From Histomonas meleagridis 2922-C6/04-290x (lineage: Eukaryota; Protista; Parabasalia), in assembly GCA_020184695.1 (NCBI GenBank), contig JAANOX010000095.1:186001-250000 (forward strand): a stretch of 64,000 nucleotides of DNA, written 5' to 3'. Of this stretch, positions 1 through 10,920 are shown piece by piece. The notes under the pieces are model-generated. The model was not told where the DNA came from. It made no database searches and worked only from the letters and a program-made list of their open reading frames with translations. Position numbers and translations under genes: made by a program. The stretch's first letter is position 1. Every line of letters starts with the position of its first letter.

Positions 1-503
1 GTCGAATAAATAATAACTGTGTAATCATAATAAATAAATTCTGTTTCGATATAAATACATTCAAGTGCATAACAATTACTAAATGCTGAACCTCCAATTT
101 CGTTTATTCCATAGCCAAGTGTTAATATTCTTAAATTAGAACATGATGAAAATGCAAAATTGTCAATTGTTGTAACTGAATTTGGAATTGTAATGTTTTT
201 GATTGATGAACATAATGAAAATGATGATTGTCCAATAGTTGTAACATTATCTCCAAAAATAATCATTTCTAAATGTGAACATGAAGAAAACACATAAACT
301 CCAATATCTGATACTGAATTTCCAAAATTAACTGAAATAACGGATGACCATTCTGAAAATGAATTACCTGGAATCGTATAAATTCCTTCACTGATAATTA
401 TAAATTTAGTGTTATCTTTAGATTCATTAATATCACTAAAATCATTTTCATTTATTATTGTTAATGTTGAATTATCAGTATAAAATATTTGAAAAGAATT
501 CAT
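1..503 (-). CDS. BspA-like (TpLRR/LRR_5) leucine-rich repeat protein, 3' end runs off the window
   Basis: Manual translation from ATG at 503: ...FGNSVSDIGVYVFSSCSHLEMIIFGDNVTTIGQSSFSLCSSIKNITIPNSVTTIDNFAFSSCSNL..., i.e. TpLRR consensus repeats. The frame is open to base 1 and also stays open upstream to an ATG at 911, so the start is uncertain. Not in the ORF track because it has no stop inside the window. Confidence 0.8.
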   Translation of the reverse strand, partial: MNSFQIFYTDNSTLTIINENDFSDINESKDNTKFIIISEGIYTIPGNSFSEWSSVISVNFGNSVSDIGVYVFSSCSHLEMIIFGDNVTTIGQSSFSLCSSIKNITIPNSVTTIDNFAFSSCSNLRILTLGYGINEIGGSAFSNCYALECIYIETEFIYYDYTVIIYS

Positions 504-1900
504 GAAAAACACAACAAAAATTAAAACATTTTTATGTTTTTTATTTTCGCTTGTTTTAAATTTATTAATTAAAACTTTAATTTCATAAAATAAGAAAAAC
601 CCCAAAATAAAAAAGTTCTGCATTAGAACTTGTACAGTTTCATTGAATTTGAACATTTTCTTCATGAAACAATTATTCAGAGAAATTGGTGTATGAGCAT
701 TTAATGAAAAATGATTAAATACTAAAGAAAAGAATCTGAAATAATGTTTAACATATGAAAAAGGTAATGTTAACAAAGGGAAATGAAACTGATGTTTTCT
801 TGGGCTGATGTTAAATGGATTTGATTCACTATCTTTTAGCATAACAAAGTTTGTTACTTTGCTAGATACATTCTCTTTGTTATGACATGAAAATATAAAG
901 TAAATATCCATTTTGGATTCTAAAGTAAGGAAAGGCAATTGCCTGAGAGTTTGGAAAATAGATAATTGATCAAGAAAAATCTTTGAACCTGAATTTTCTG
1001 GAGAAATTTGTAATAAGCAAAAGAAATACATGGGGAAAGCCAAGAAGAAAAAAGACATTCGTGAGAAAACTTGGGAAACTTGTTAATAAATCAGTCAAAA
1101 ACGATACAGAGAGCTTCAATCGCTTCGCCTTTTCGTGGTTTCGTTGGTTAAACTTTTGCTGGTATGCGTTTTATTGTTTTTGCGATCGGAAGATGTTCAC
1201 AATGCTGTAACACAATGTTTTTATAAAAAGTGACAGAAAATTCCCTCGTTTCAATCCTGGAAACAGCCAAAAAAATGAAAGAAAGAAGATGACATCGTTC
1301 ATAAATACCAAATAACAGATTTTTGAATAAAAAACGCTCAAAAAGTTTTTTCCAACACAATTAACAGACAAATGTATTGAATTTTGAATGCAATTTCCCA
1401 AAACAACCGTTAAAAAATGTGAAATTTCATCATTAATGTTTGCAATGGAAAAAGGTTACACATAAATCGGTCATGTGCTTCTTTAACAAAATATAATTTA
1501 TTATTAATGTTTAAGATATTTATACATTTTTTCTAAAAATCATTTCAAATAATTAATTCCTCAAGATAAACTTCGATATTCTAGGCAGCAAGAATTTTGC
1601 ACCAGTCAAAAAACATACTGAATTATATATGGTGTTAATATTTCTTGCACAAAAATTTCCACATTTCAATAAAACAACAAATTTAATATTTTGAATTAGT
1701 TTTAACAGGTTTTCATATTAAACAAAATAATTTGGAAAATTTTAATTTATGTAATTGCATATTTGCATCTAAAATTGAACAATAATCCAATATAAAAAAG
1801 GAAACAAGTTTTAATATCAAAACAATAAAATCTTTTTATATTGCAAAAATGTCCAAAAAAATTTGTTTATTAATCAAACTTTGCAAAAAGAAATTTTTTT

Positions 1901-3214
1901 TTACTCTGTGGGATATTGTGGTAAAAAGCTTCCCTCTGTTTCCTTTTCTTTAACAAGAACATCATTTGATGATTCATCAACTTGCTTTGATTTCTTTGGT
2001 GATTCACCACTTCCAACTACCAATGGCTTCAAATCCTTATCAGACAACTCATTACTCACATTTGATATTGGTAAGTCATCTGGTGCATCAACTGTTGGCA
2101 CGCCTAATGAAATGTCTTCTTTTTGATTTTCGACCCGTTGAGCTTTTTGAATGTGCTGTGAAATTTGTGAGGGCTTTGACACTAACGGTCTCTGTTGTTT
2201 CGGCTCAACGTAATTTGATGTCATTGGCGGAGGAATGTTAACATGTTCGGGGTGCGATGGAGGCTTCGACTCTATTGTTGGCGCGGGCTTTGGTGGTGGG
2301 TTTTGTTGAGTGTTTTGGGGAGGTGGCTGAACTGGTGATTGAGGAGGAGCATATTGTTGGTAGCCATAATTTGGTGGAGGCTGTGGCGCATATTGAGTTG
2401 GAGTAGTGTATTGATATGTTTGGTGTTGGTGTTGTACGATATAAACTTGATTTGGTTGAACTGGTGCATAATGTTGAACATATGGAGAAAACATTTGGAA
2501 TGAATATGATTTCTCGGGATAGTACATTGGAACAACATTTTCAAAATCTGAGTCTGAGTCTGAATCTGATGAATAATCATCGTATGGAATTGGTGGTTGA
2601 ATGAATTGATTGGGTGAAATCTGTGTGACAGGTGGAAGACCTTGTGGTGTTTGCGGTGGTGGCGGTGGCGGTGGATTGTAGTATGATTGAGGAGGAGGAG
2701 GCGCTTGTTGTACAGGCACTTGTTGAATTGATTGTTTGTGTTTAGGTGCCGTTTCAGGATCTACAAATTTTGATGTTACTTTCCACCCAGGAACAATATA
2801 TATCTTGCCGTTTGGTGCATCAAAAGCAGCTTGATGATTTTCTGATAAATGAATTCGAAGTGTAATCATTAACTGTGTACGGTTTATGATTCCAGGTGCA
2901 ATCTTGAAAGGGAACTCATATGTAACAACAGTATTAACTTGGAACCATTTTAATGGAAGTGTTAAATTTGCAATGTTACTTTGTTTGTAATTAAGCGAAA
3001 TACAAAGAGCTGTTGCCCTAGCATTACTGTACTGAAATTTCCATGTCACATCAGAATCGTAAATGCAATTTCCAATATCTTTTAAATCACCTGATGTTGG
3101 TTCTGTCTCATCCTTTGTGAGTTTCATTTGTAGGTTGAAAGGATTTCCTTCGACGTGCTTAAGTCCTTTTACTTCGAGTACATTCACGAAAATTGCATTC
3201 ATATTTGGTATCAT
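1901..3214 (-). CDS. Protein with N-terminal C2-like beta domain and long Pro/Gln-rich low-complexity tail
   Basis: 437-aa ORF. The N-terminus (IFVNVLEVKGL...LTLPLKWFQVNTVVTYEFP...ITLRIHLS) resembles a C2 fold; PPPP/QQ-rich C-terminal half. The C2 call is inference. Confidence 0.7.
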   Translation of the reverse strand: MIPNMNAIFVNVLEVKGLKHVEGNPFNLQMKLTKDETEPTSGDLKDIGNCIYDSDVTWKFQYSNARATALCISLNYKQSNIANLTLPLKWFQVNTVVTYEFPFKIAPGIINRTQLMITLRIHLSENHQAAFDAPNGKIYIVPGWKVTSKFVDPETAPKHKQSIQQVPVQQAPPPPQSYYNPPPPPPPQTPQGLPPVTQISPNQFIQPPIPYDDYSSDSDSDSDFENVVPMYYPEKSYSFQMFSPYVQHYAPVQPNQVYIVQHQHQTYQYTTPTQYAPQPPPNYGYQQYAPPQSPVQPPPQNTQQNPPPKPAPTIESKPPSHPEHVNIPPPMTSNYVEPKQQRPLVSKPSQISQHIQKAQRVENQKEDISLGVPTVDAPDDLPISNVSNELSDKDLKPLVVGSGESPKKSKQVDESSNDVLVKEKETEGSFLPQYPTE

Positions 3215-3474
3215 GATCGCTTTTCACATAACATGTCATATTTTTGAACGGATAAAATTTGGATTTTAGCCCATCGGTTTTTATTGTTCACCAATCTGGT
3301 TAATTCCTATGTTATGAAGTTTTTTTTATATATATTTCACTTACTAAATACTCATAAATTTTTAGTATTTTCTGTTTTTGAAGAAAATATTGGTAAAAAT
3401 TAGAAAAACATTGAGTTTAATGAAGATTTTTTTTTTCGGCGGGATTTTATTTTAACGTATTTTCTTCATGGAGA

Positions 3475-4596
3475 ATGAATTTATGGGAAAATACTTATAA
3501 TTTGTATTCTCCAACTCAAACATCTCAGTTTTTTGAAACAGGAAGCACTGAGCCTGCGTTTGATTGGTCTGTTTCTGATGCAGTTGATGTCAATTCAAAA
3601 TTAGTTTATGATAAGAATTCTCCACTTTTTCCTTTTTTTCAAACATTTTTAAATGCAAGAATTTTTCATTCAGCCACTGTCCAACAATTTTCTCATTTAT
3701 TAATTTTATTGCAGAAATCAATTAAAGTATTAATTAATCGCATCAATATCATAGAAAATCAAAAAAAGTCTCTAGAATTTCACATTCACAAATTAAATTT
3801 AGTTAACAGTTCCAAACCAAAAATTAAAAAATGCTTTGTTTGTCCTGATTGTCATAAATATTTTCGTTCCTTAAGTTATCTCGAAAGCCATATTTATAAT
3901 AAACACACCACTGTTGTACACACATCAAGTGAATCTGAAATGAGTATTGTTGAAAGTAGCGAAAACAAATCCGAAGAAAAGAAAACAAAAAGAAAAATCG
4001 GAAAGAAAAAAGAAATAAAAAATGAAAATCAAAATAATGAACAAAAAGAAGTTTATTCAAAATATAAACCAATCATTTCATATGTTACATCCAATGATTA
4101 TGTTAATCTTGATCAAAATGAACCACATTCAATCAATGAGATGTACGACTTCATGAAAACAAAATTTGGTGAATTAGAACAAAAAATCGATAAAAACAAC
4201 AAAATTAAAGAAATAAATAACGAAAGCCAAAGTTCAAAAAGTAAAAATAAATTTTCTTCATCGCAAAATAGTATTAAAACAGAAGATCCTCCATTCGATG
4301 ATGAAACTTTACCTTTATCTTATTCAAGCCAAAAAGTTTCTTTTAGTGATGAAAATTCTTTGACTTCGTCGTCGAATAAAAAGAACAAACAAATATCAAA
4401 ATCGCTTTGTTTCGAAAAATTAGACAAAAATTCTTCGGCTCAAAATGTTTCAAGAAAAAAGAAGCAATCAACCCCTGTTACGCTTACTGTTAAAAAGACG
4501 GGAAGCTTGCACAAAGATATACATTCTGAAACATCATCAGATTTCATGGAAATAACACATTTCCCACCAAAAAGAAAGGATGGGTCATTTAGGTGA
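3475..4596 (+). CDS. C2H2 zinc-finger protein, DZIP1/Iguana-like N-terminus
   Basis: 373-aa ORF with CPDCHKYFRSLSYLESHIYNKH. Upstream FDWSVSDAVDV...LLQKSIKVL resembles the Dzip-like N-terminal domain followed by a coiled coil. Confidence 0.6.
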   Translation: MNLWENTYNLYSPTQTSQFFETGSTEPAFDWSVSDAVDVNSKLVYDKNSPLFPFFQTFLNARIFHSATVQQFSHLLILLQKSIKVLINRINIIENQKKSLEFHIHKLNLVNSSKPKIKKCFVCPDCHKYFRSLSYLESHIYNKHTTVVHTSSESEMSIVESSENKSEEKKTKRKIGKKKEIKNENQNNEQKEVYSKYKPIISYVTSNDYVNLDQNEPHSINEMYDFMKTKFGELEQKIDKNNKIKEINNESQSSKSKNKFSSSQNSIKTEDPPFDDETLPLSYSSQKVSFSDENSLTSSSNKKNKQISKSLCFEKLDKNSSAQNVSRKKKQSTPVTLTVKKTGSLHKDIHSETSSDFMEITHFPPKRKDGSFR

Positions 4597-5244
4597 ATGG
4601 TTGTTTTCATGTGTTTTTGTTGAGTTCCTTTTTAATATCTTTTTACATTTTCGAAACGGTGATCTTATAAAGTGTTACCTATTTCTATGTAATGAAATGC
4701 CAATTTAGTTGTGATAAATGTCAAACCCATTGTGACAGATAAAAACGGGGATAAAAAGAAATTAACAATTTATTTTGTCCGTTTTACCATTTTATATGTT
4801 TCTCAAAAAGTTAAAAACCGAACTAAGAAAACTTGAACGGTTTTCACAGAAAAACAGAGATCGATTTTTTTTTTGAGAGCAGTGTCCAAACAAACATTGA
4901 GAATTTTTACAAAAAACGCATTTAAAAAGTGAGTTGCCATTTGACACCTGGACTTTTGCCACTTCGGCGATAAATAATGAAATAATTTTATCTCAATACT
5001 GGAATCCGTTCTTTCATGCAAACTTCCAAGAAAAAAATAGCGTTTATAATAGTTTATAAAATGATTTTAAAAATTTACCGGAAATCTCTTGGTTTCAATT
5101 TTTTTGAAATTATTTTTTTGAATAAGAGCTGTAACCAAGCACGACCAAATCACCATCAAAATGCCGTGTTCAATTTTCAATGTGCTTACGTTCTCATACG
5201 ATTAAAACTAATTGAATTCTTCGGATTATATCTTTGGCTGTCGG

Positions 5245-7071
5245 ATGCAAAAAGAAGACAAAAAAAGCACACCAAGTAGTGTTTTAGCAACAGCAGGTGA
5301 AACAAGCAGTCTGACATGTGAAGGATATATAGATTCAGGAAGTCCTGGTAATTCATTTGATGACGATCTTTTCACAAAACAAAGTCATTCACTAGGTGAA
5401 ATTCCTCTTTATGATTTTATTGTTGGTAGCCATTGTGGTTCTGATATAGATGACACTATTTTAAGTCCATGTTTTGTGACAACAGATGATGAAAGTGAAG
5501 TAGATTTAATATCTGTTGATAACCTTTATGCTACAAATTTGATGCTTAATGATGATCAAGATGAAACAGCTTTCTTTGGATATAATCAAGATGAAAATGA
5601 TGAAGATTTTAAACAATGTCAAATTTTTGATCAAGTTCCAATCAAATTTTTAGATGATGATGCAGAGTTAGATGCACTAAATTTATCAGAAAATTCGGAA
5701 AATGTAGAAACAAATACAACAGAATCTTCAAAAAATAATGATGTTCCTTATACCCCTGAATTAATCACAGTTTTAGAAGGAATGAATTTCCCCAAATCCG
5801 AAATTGACAGTATATTACAAGTTAATATTCAACGATTTCCAGAATCATCACAAATCTTTTTAGAGCCTAATGGCAGTGTTAGCTGTGCCTCTTTCCCACA
5901 ATTAATCATAGCTCTTACAACTCCTGATGTTTCAAATGTTGAATTCCAAACCAAATTTCTTATCTCATTTCCATCATTTGCACCACCGTACCGTGTTCTT
6001 GCGTGTTTGTTTGCACGTTTTTTTGCCAATATCAATTGTTCACGTTCGAATATATCCAGTAAGAAAAATCTCCTCTTAGTTCGTGCTATAATAACGCGTT
6101 TATTATCTAAATGGCTTGTTCTAACCAAATATCAATTTACTGATTCCATGATCAACTCCATCAAAACATTTCTTAACGTTATTGAAAAAGACGAATCGCT
6201 TCGCGTTCAGCGTCAAATTGTTGAAGGTTCGCTCAAGAAATTTGAAGGGAGTAAACTTAACAAAATTCACAGAGAAAAGGAGTACCCCGAAATGATTTTG
6301 CCAAAGACCCCACCCAACACATGGGTCGTCACATCGATACCACCAGAAGAGCTAGCACGGCAACTTGCATTACTTCATTCCAGAACATATCGAAAGATCA
6401 AACCTACTGAAGTCCTAACCATGATATGGGGCGATAATAAAACTGGTGGATCACCAAATATCAACAAATTGATTCATCACTTTAATCTTTTTTCTAATTT
6501 TACTACGCTTACCATTATAATGCCCACCACAGCTCAAAAGCGAGCTGAAGTATATACATTTTGGATTGAAGTTGCATCACATTGTTTACGATTAAAGAAT
6601 TATCATGCGTTGTTCAGCATTGTCTTTGGCCTAATGCATCGATCAATAGAACGACTATCAGATACCTTAAAAATCTCGTTGAAAAACACCAAAACGAAAA
6701 CCACATTTTTTCAACTCCGAAAACTTTGTAGCGTAGAAAGCAACTACGCCAATTATCGGAGCCTCATCCAGACCCAGTTAACAGCTTTGGTTGATCCGTG
6801 CGTTCCATTCATCGGATGCTTCCAAAAGGACCTTGTGTACGTACAAGAGACATATCCAAACACAATCAATGGATTAATTAACTTTAAGAAATGTACGGAA
6901 TGCGTAAAGTTAATTGATCAAATCTCTTCCTTCCAAAACATGAGATACAACTTCAAAAGATGCAAACAAATTCAAAATATCATTACGGAATTGCCGCCTG
7001 AAACGGATAACGTGGTTCTAATGAAGTTGTCGACAACAAGAGAAACAAGAAGAAAGAAGGGAAGAATATGA
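5245..7071 (+). CDS. RasGEF (REM + CDC25 domain) protein
   Basis: Motifs FLISFPSFAPPYRVL (REM), PPEELARQLALLHSRTYRKIKPTE, LKNYHALFSIVFGL and PCVPFIGCFQKDL (CDC25). First ATG at 5245. Confidence 0.9.
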   Translation: MQKEDKKSTPSSVLATAGETSSLTCEGYIDSGSPGNSFDDDLFTKQSHSLGEIPLYDFIVGSHCGSDIDDTILSPCFVTTDDESEVDLISVDNLYATNLMLNDDQDETAFFGYNQDENDEDFKQCQIFDQVPIKFLDDDAELDALNLSENSENVETNTTESSKNNDVPYTPELITVLEGMNFPKSEIDSILQVNIQRFPESSQIFLEPNGSVSCASFPQLIIALTTPDVSNVEFQTKFLISFPSFAPPYRVLACLFARFFANINCSRSNISSKKNLLLVRAIITRLLSKWLVLTKYQFTDSMINSIKTFLNVIEKDESLRVQRQIVEGSLKKFEGSKLNKIHREKEYPEMILPKTPPNTWVVTSIPPEELARQLALLHSRTYRKIKPTEVLTMIWGDNKTGGSPNINKLIHHFNLFSNFTTLTIIMPTTAQKRAEVYTFWIEVASHCLRLKNYHALFSIVFGLMHRSIERLSDTLKISLKNTKTKTTFFQLRKLCSVESNYANYRSLIQTQLTALVDPCVPFIGCFQKDLVYVQETYPNTINGLINFKKCTECVKLIDQISSFQNMRYNFKRCKQIQNIITELPPETDNVVLMKLSTTRETRRKKGRI

Positions 7072-7410
7072 ACCAATATGTAATATTGTTTTGTAAAAAA
7101 TATTTTTCTATGAAATGTAATATGTTTGAAAATTTTTGGATTTTAAAGCAGAACGCTCATTAAGTCGTCTTTTTGTGTAAGATAATTATCATATCCACCA
7201 AATTAATGTTGTCAATAGCCATTTAAATTAAATAATTATTATTGATATTATCATTGAAATGCTAAATCTTAAATGTAATTTTGATGTTTATTTTTGGAAA
7301 TTCAACTTATTGTTAGTGTAATTAATTTTTATGAAAGATTTCGCCGAAGGATTGAAAGCACTTTTATATTAATTATTCAATTTTCAAAGGCGAGTTTGTC
7401 CAACCAAATA

Positions 7411-10400
7411 ATGGAGAACCAAGAATCAGAAACTTTACAAATTAAATTTCTTGAATCAATTTCACAAATTGTTTTCGACCTTAATTTAGATAACATTGGA
7501 ATTTCTGTTGAGCTTACAATGAAATTCTTTGATCCTAATTATCAGAAATCTTTCAACAGAGTTCTTGTTCTATTAGTTTACTCGTCTTTTATATCTAGGA
7601 GAATTGATGCTAATATTTATTTCTCATATTTAAAATCTATTGAATCTCATGAAGAACAAATTCTTAATACAAACCCACAAATTTTTATAACATTTCGACA
7701 ATACTTACTTCATATAAAGACAAATGAAGCAAATTATCTTCTTGTCAATATGGTATTCGAGAATTTAATTGATGCTGATTTTGTTAAAACACGAAACGAA
7801 AAATATTTTATGCATTTAATGCCACATGAACAACTTTCTAAAATTAAGTATTCAATGTTGTCACAGCAAATTGTTTTTAAAGAAGAAGAACTAAAAAAGA
7901 ACAATTGGGAGCTTCATAAAAGACTTATTAAAGAAGGAAATCCAAATGAAATAACAAAAATAATTCGAAATGATGATGTTGATAAATTACAAGAAATTTC
8001 CACAAGTCCGAAATTTAATTTTAATCAAAAAGTTCAAACATCGATTTATGAATTATTTTCATTATGTAAAGGAATTTCACTTATTGATTATGCTGCATTT
8101 TATGGAGCAATTAAATGTTTTAAATTTTTATTATTAAATGAAGCTAAAACAGAAATGACTCTTAAATATGCAATTGCAGGAGGCAATATTGAAATTATTT
8201 ATCTTTGTCAAGAAAAAAGCATTATATCTTCTTATGAACTAGAAGAAATAGCTATTGAATATAATAGGAATAATGTGTTTATTAATATATTCGAAAACCC
8301 AAAGCCAGAACCAAATAAGACAAGAGGTTTTGTTTCTAAAGGACTAACAACTAATTTAAAATCATTTTCATTTAAAAGTAATTTTAATTTTGGAACTCGT
8401 AAAATTGGCTTAAGTAGCTTTGCGAGACAAACTCCACAAAATTCTGAAGATAAATTACATCAATTAGGACTGAAATGTATTCGATCAAATAACTTTGAAA
8501 TATTTGAGTTTTTATTAAATGAAGGACTTGAAATCAAAGGTGATATTATGGAAGAAATAATTACAAGTGGTAATTTGTTTTTAATAAAGTATATTTTACA
8601 AGGTAGAAAAGTTCCAAGAGAAGCTTTTTCTTATTCGATTTCATCACAAAATATTGAAGTTATTAAATATATTCTTTCATTAGGTGAAGTTGATATTAAT
8701 ATTTATGATATTTTTGATGTTAATTTAATATTTGTTTTGTTTATTGAATGTTTAAATTAGAAATTTAGAATTTCTTTTTAATATATAATACACCATTATT
8801 ATGTTCTTGTGAATTTAATAATTATGAGATTACAAAATTTATTCTTGATCAAAATGGTGTGAATGTGAATGTTAAAAATGCTTGTTTATTTTAATTAAAA
8901 TTTAAATAAGCAATTTGACGTTTTTAAATGTTTTTTGGAATTTAATCAAAGTATTTAAAACACCACTTATTACTGCATCTAAACTTGGTCATACTGAAAT
9001 AGTAAAATTACTTCTTGAACAAAAAGGAATTAATATAAATGATAAAGATATTTATTTGTTATATATAAAATTTATTATAATAATTTGATGTTTTTAAATA
9101 ATATTTGGAAATAGTTCAAATAATTTTATACAGCACTTATGTGGGCATCTTCAAATGGTCATACAGAAATAGTTCAATTACTTCTTGCGCATAATGAAAT
9201 TGATGTGAATATACAAAATAGTTTTAGCTTAACAGCTCTAGAATTAACACTAGTTGATAAAGTTTACATAGAAATTACAAAATTATTACTTTCGCATAAA
9301 GGAATTATTATTAATACAGAAAATATTTTAAAATTTGATTTAAAGTTAATTTCCTATTTCCGATGTTTTATTTCAAGATTAGGAGTAAATTCATTTTATT
9401 TATCACACCTTTAATGATGGCATGTGATAAAAATAATAAAGAAATTGTTCAATTAATCTTAAGCCTTGGTGAAAATGATGTTAACTTACAAGATATTTAA
9501 TTTGTTATTTTAATGATTAAATTTTTAACTTAATATTTCATTATAAAATTTGGAAATAACTTAAATTATTTAGAACAGCTCTCATTTATGCATGTAAACA
9601 AGGAAGTTTGGAAATAGTTAAAATTCTTCTTGAACAAAAAGGGATTCTTTTAAATATAAAAGATATTTCTTTATTAATATTAATATTTATTTTGATGTTA
9701 AAGTGTTTTAAAACAATTGTTAGAATTTATTCATATTATTTCAATTTGCACTTATGTATGCATTTGAATCTGATAATTTCGAATTATTTAAGTTACTTAT
9801 TGAGCAAAAAGGAATTGATATAAATGCTAAAAATATTTTTTTGATATATCCAGAATTTATTTAAAATATTTAATATTTGTATATAATATTTGGATTTTAT
9901 TTGAATATTTTCAAACTGTTTTAATGCTTTCATGTAAATATAATAAAGTTAAATATGTTGAATTACTTCTTGAACAAAAAGGAATTAAAATCAATGAAAA
10001 ATCAGTATTTTTCTTTCATTACATGTTTATTTCAAGTTTTTGCTATTCATTCTTTATATGTAATGTTTAATTGATAAATTTTGGAATGCTTTAATGGAAG
10101 CAAGTTCAGTAGGTAATATTGAAATTGTTAAATTACTTCTTGAACAAGAAGGAATTGTTATGGATAATATTGGTATTATTTTATAACATTCAATTTTTGT
10201 ACAAAAAATTTGGGGATTAAAAATAAAATTTGGAACTTATTTTCAATATTTGGCACTGCTTTTATGCTTGCATGTTTTAATGGGCATTTAGAAATTGCCA
10301 AATTATTGCTTGAACATAAAGGAATTGATATAAATATGAAAAATGTATTTTTAATAATTTTAATATTTATATTATTTTTTCTCTGTTTAATTATGAAATT

Positions 10401-10742
10401 TGGAATTTCATTAATTTGTTTTTAACATCTCTCTTAGGTTCATTAATTAATGGGCATTGTGATGTAGCTAAATTCCTTCTTGAACAGGATGGAATTGATG
10501 TCAATGCGGAAAGTAATGAAGGGCGAAATGCAATTCAAATTGCAAACTCAAATGGATATCAAGAAATTGTAACAATTCTTAAAGAACATAAAGATATTAA
10601 ATATGATGAAAATACTTTACAAAAAATAGAAGTAAAGAAAGGAGTGATCAGTGCGAAAAAAGTTGTTGCCGATTCGTCATCAATTCAATCAGTCGTAATC
10701 AAGAGTGGTGGGTTCAAATCTTCATGGAATAAACCTAATTAG
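7411..10742 (+). CDS. DUF3447-type + ankyrin-repeat protein (about 883 aa reconstructed), interrupted by forty 17-nt spacers
   Basis: N-terminal IDYAAFYGAIKCFKFLL and KYAIAGGNIEII motifs, followed by ankyrin repeats. 3332 nt minus 10 x 68 nt = 2652 nt = 884 codons including the TAA at 10740-10742. ORF-track pieces at 7294, 9139, 9608, 10210 and 10416 are fragments of this gene. Confidence 0.8.
8707..10427 (+). repeat. 170-nt tandem array (102-nt ankyrin repeat + 4 x 17-nt spacers)
   Basis: Hairpin D/N codons at 8707, 8877, 9047, 9322, 9492, 9662, 9832, 10002, 10172 and 10342; the Thr-position codon is always 83 nt downstream. Confidence 0.92.
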
Positions 10743-10920
10743 CACCTCAATGCCTGATATTTATTATAAATATCATTATGAATTCTTTTATTTGTGAGTC
10801 GAATTTGGTGAAAATGGCCGTTTAATTTTTATTTTTGATTTCAAATTTCGCTTGACCGGAAATAAATTGCAATTTTTTTACACATGCAGAGGGAAAATAA
10901 AAAAATCTATATAAACATAA

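Noticed and set aside
983-1401. Short overlapping ORFs of 70-76 aa
   Set aside because: No motifs, F/K/L-rich composition expected from AT-rich intergenic DNA.
7294-7410. TTG start extending the ankyrin gene by 39 aa
   Set aside because: Alternative starts in the track reflect a bacterial code; the first ATG at 7411 is the plausible eukaryotic start.
8707-10427. One contiguous 68-nt intron per ankyrin repeat
   Set aside because: No single junction works. Unit 9047 gives a stop unless at least 9 nt are kept on the 5' side, whereas unit 9492 gives a stop unless at most 7 nt are kept. It also puts Phe instead of the consensus Gly at position 4 and cannot explain the 34- and 51-nt inserts.
8707-10427. 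Canonical GT-AG or U12 AT-AC introns in the ankyrin arrays
   Set aside because: No consistent AG or AC 3' ends, no ACTAAC-type branch motif, and an AT...AC excision from the D codon to the T codon would shift the frame.
8707-10427. Sequencing or assembly error as the source of the inserts
   Set aside because: Constant 83-nt spacing in 18 units across two loci on both strands, with consensus-matching embedded codons, is not an error pattern; probable errors in this window are single-base homopolymer changes.
10700-10730. tRNA T-loop-like GGTTCAAATC
   Set aside because: Lies within coding sequence (GGFKS) and has no cloverleaf arms.
7411-10742. Stop-codon reassignment as the cause of the broken ankyrin ORFs
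   Set aside because: The inserts shift the frame (68 mod 3 = 2), and multi-kb genes elsewhere read cleanly with the standard code and end in TAA/TGA.
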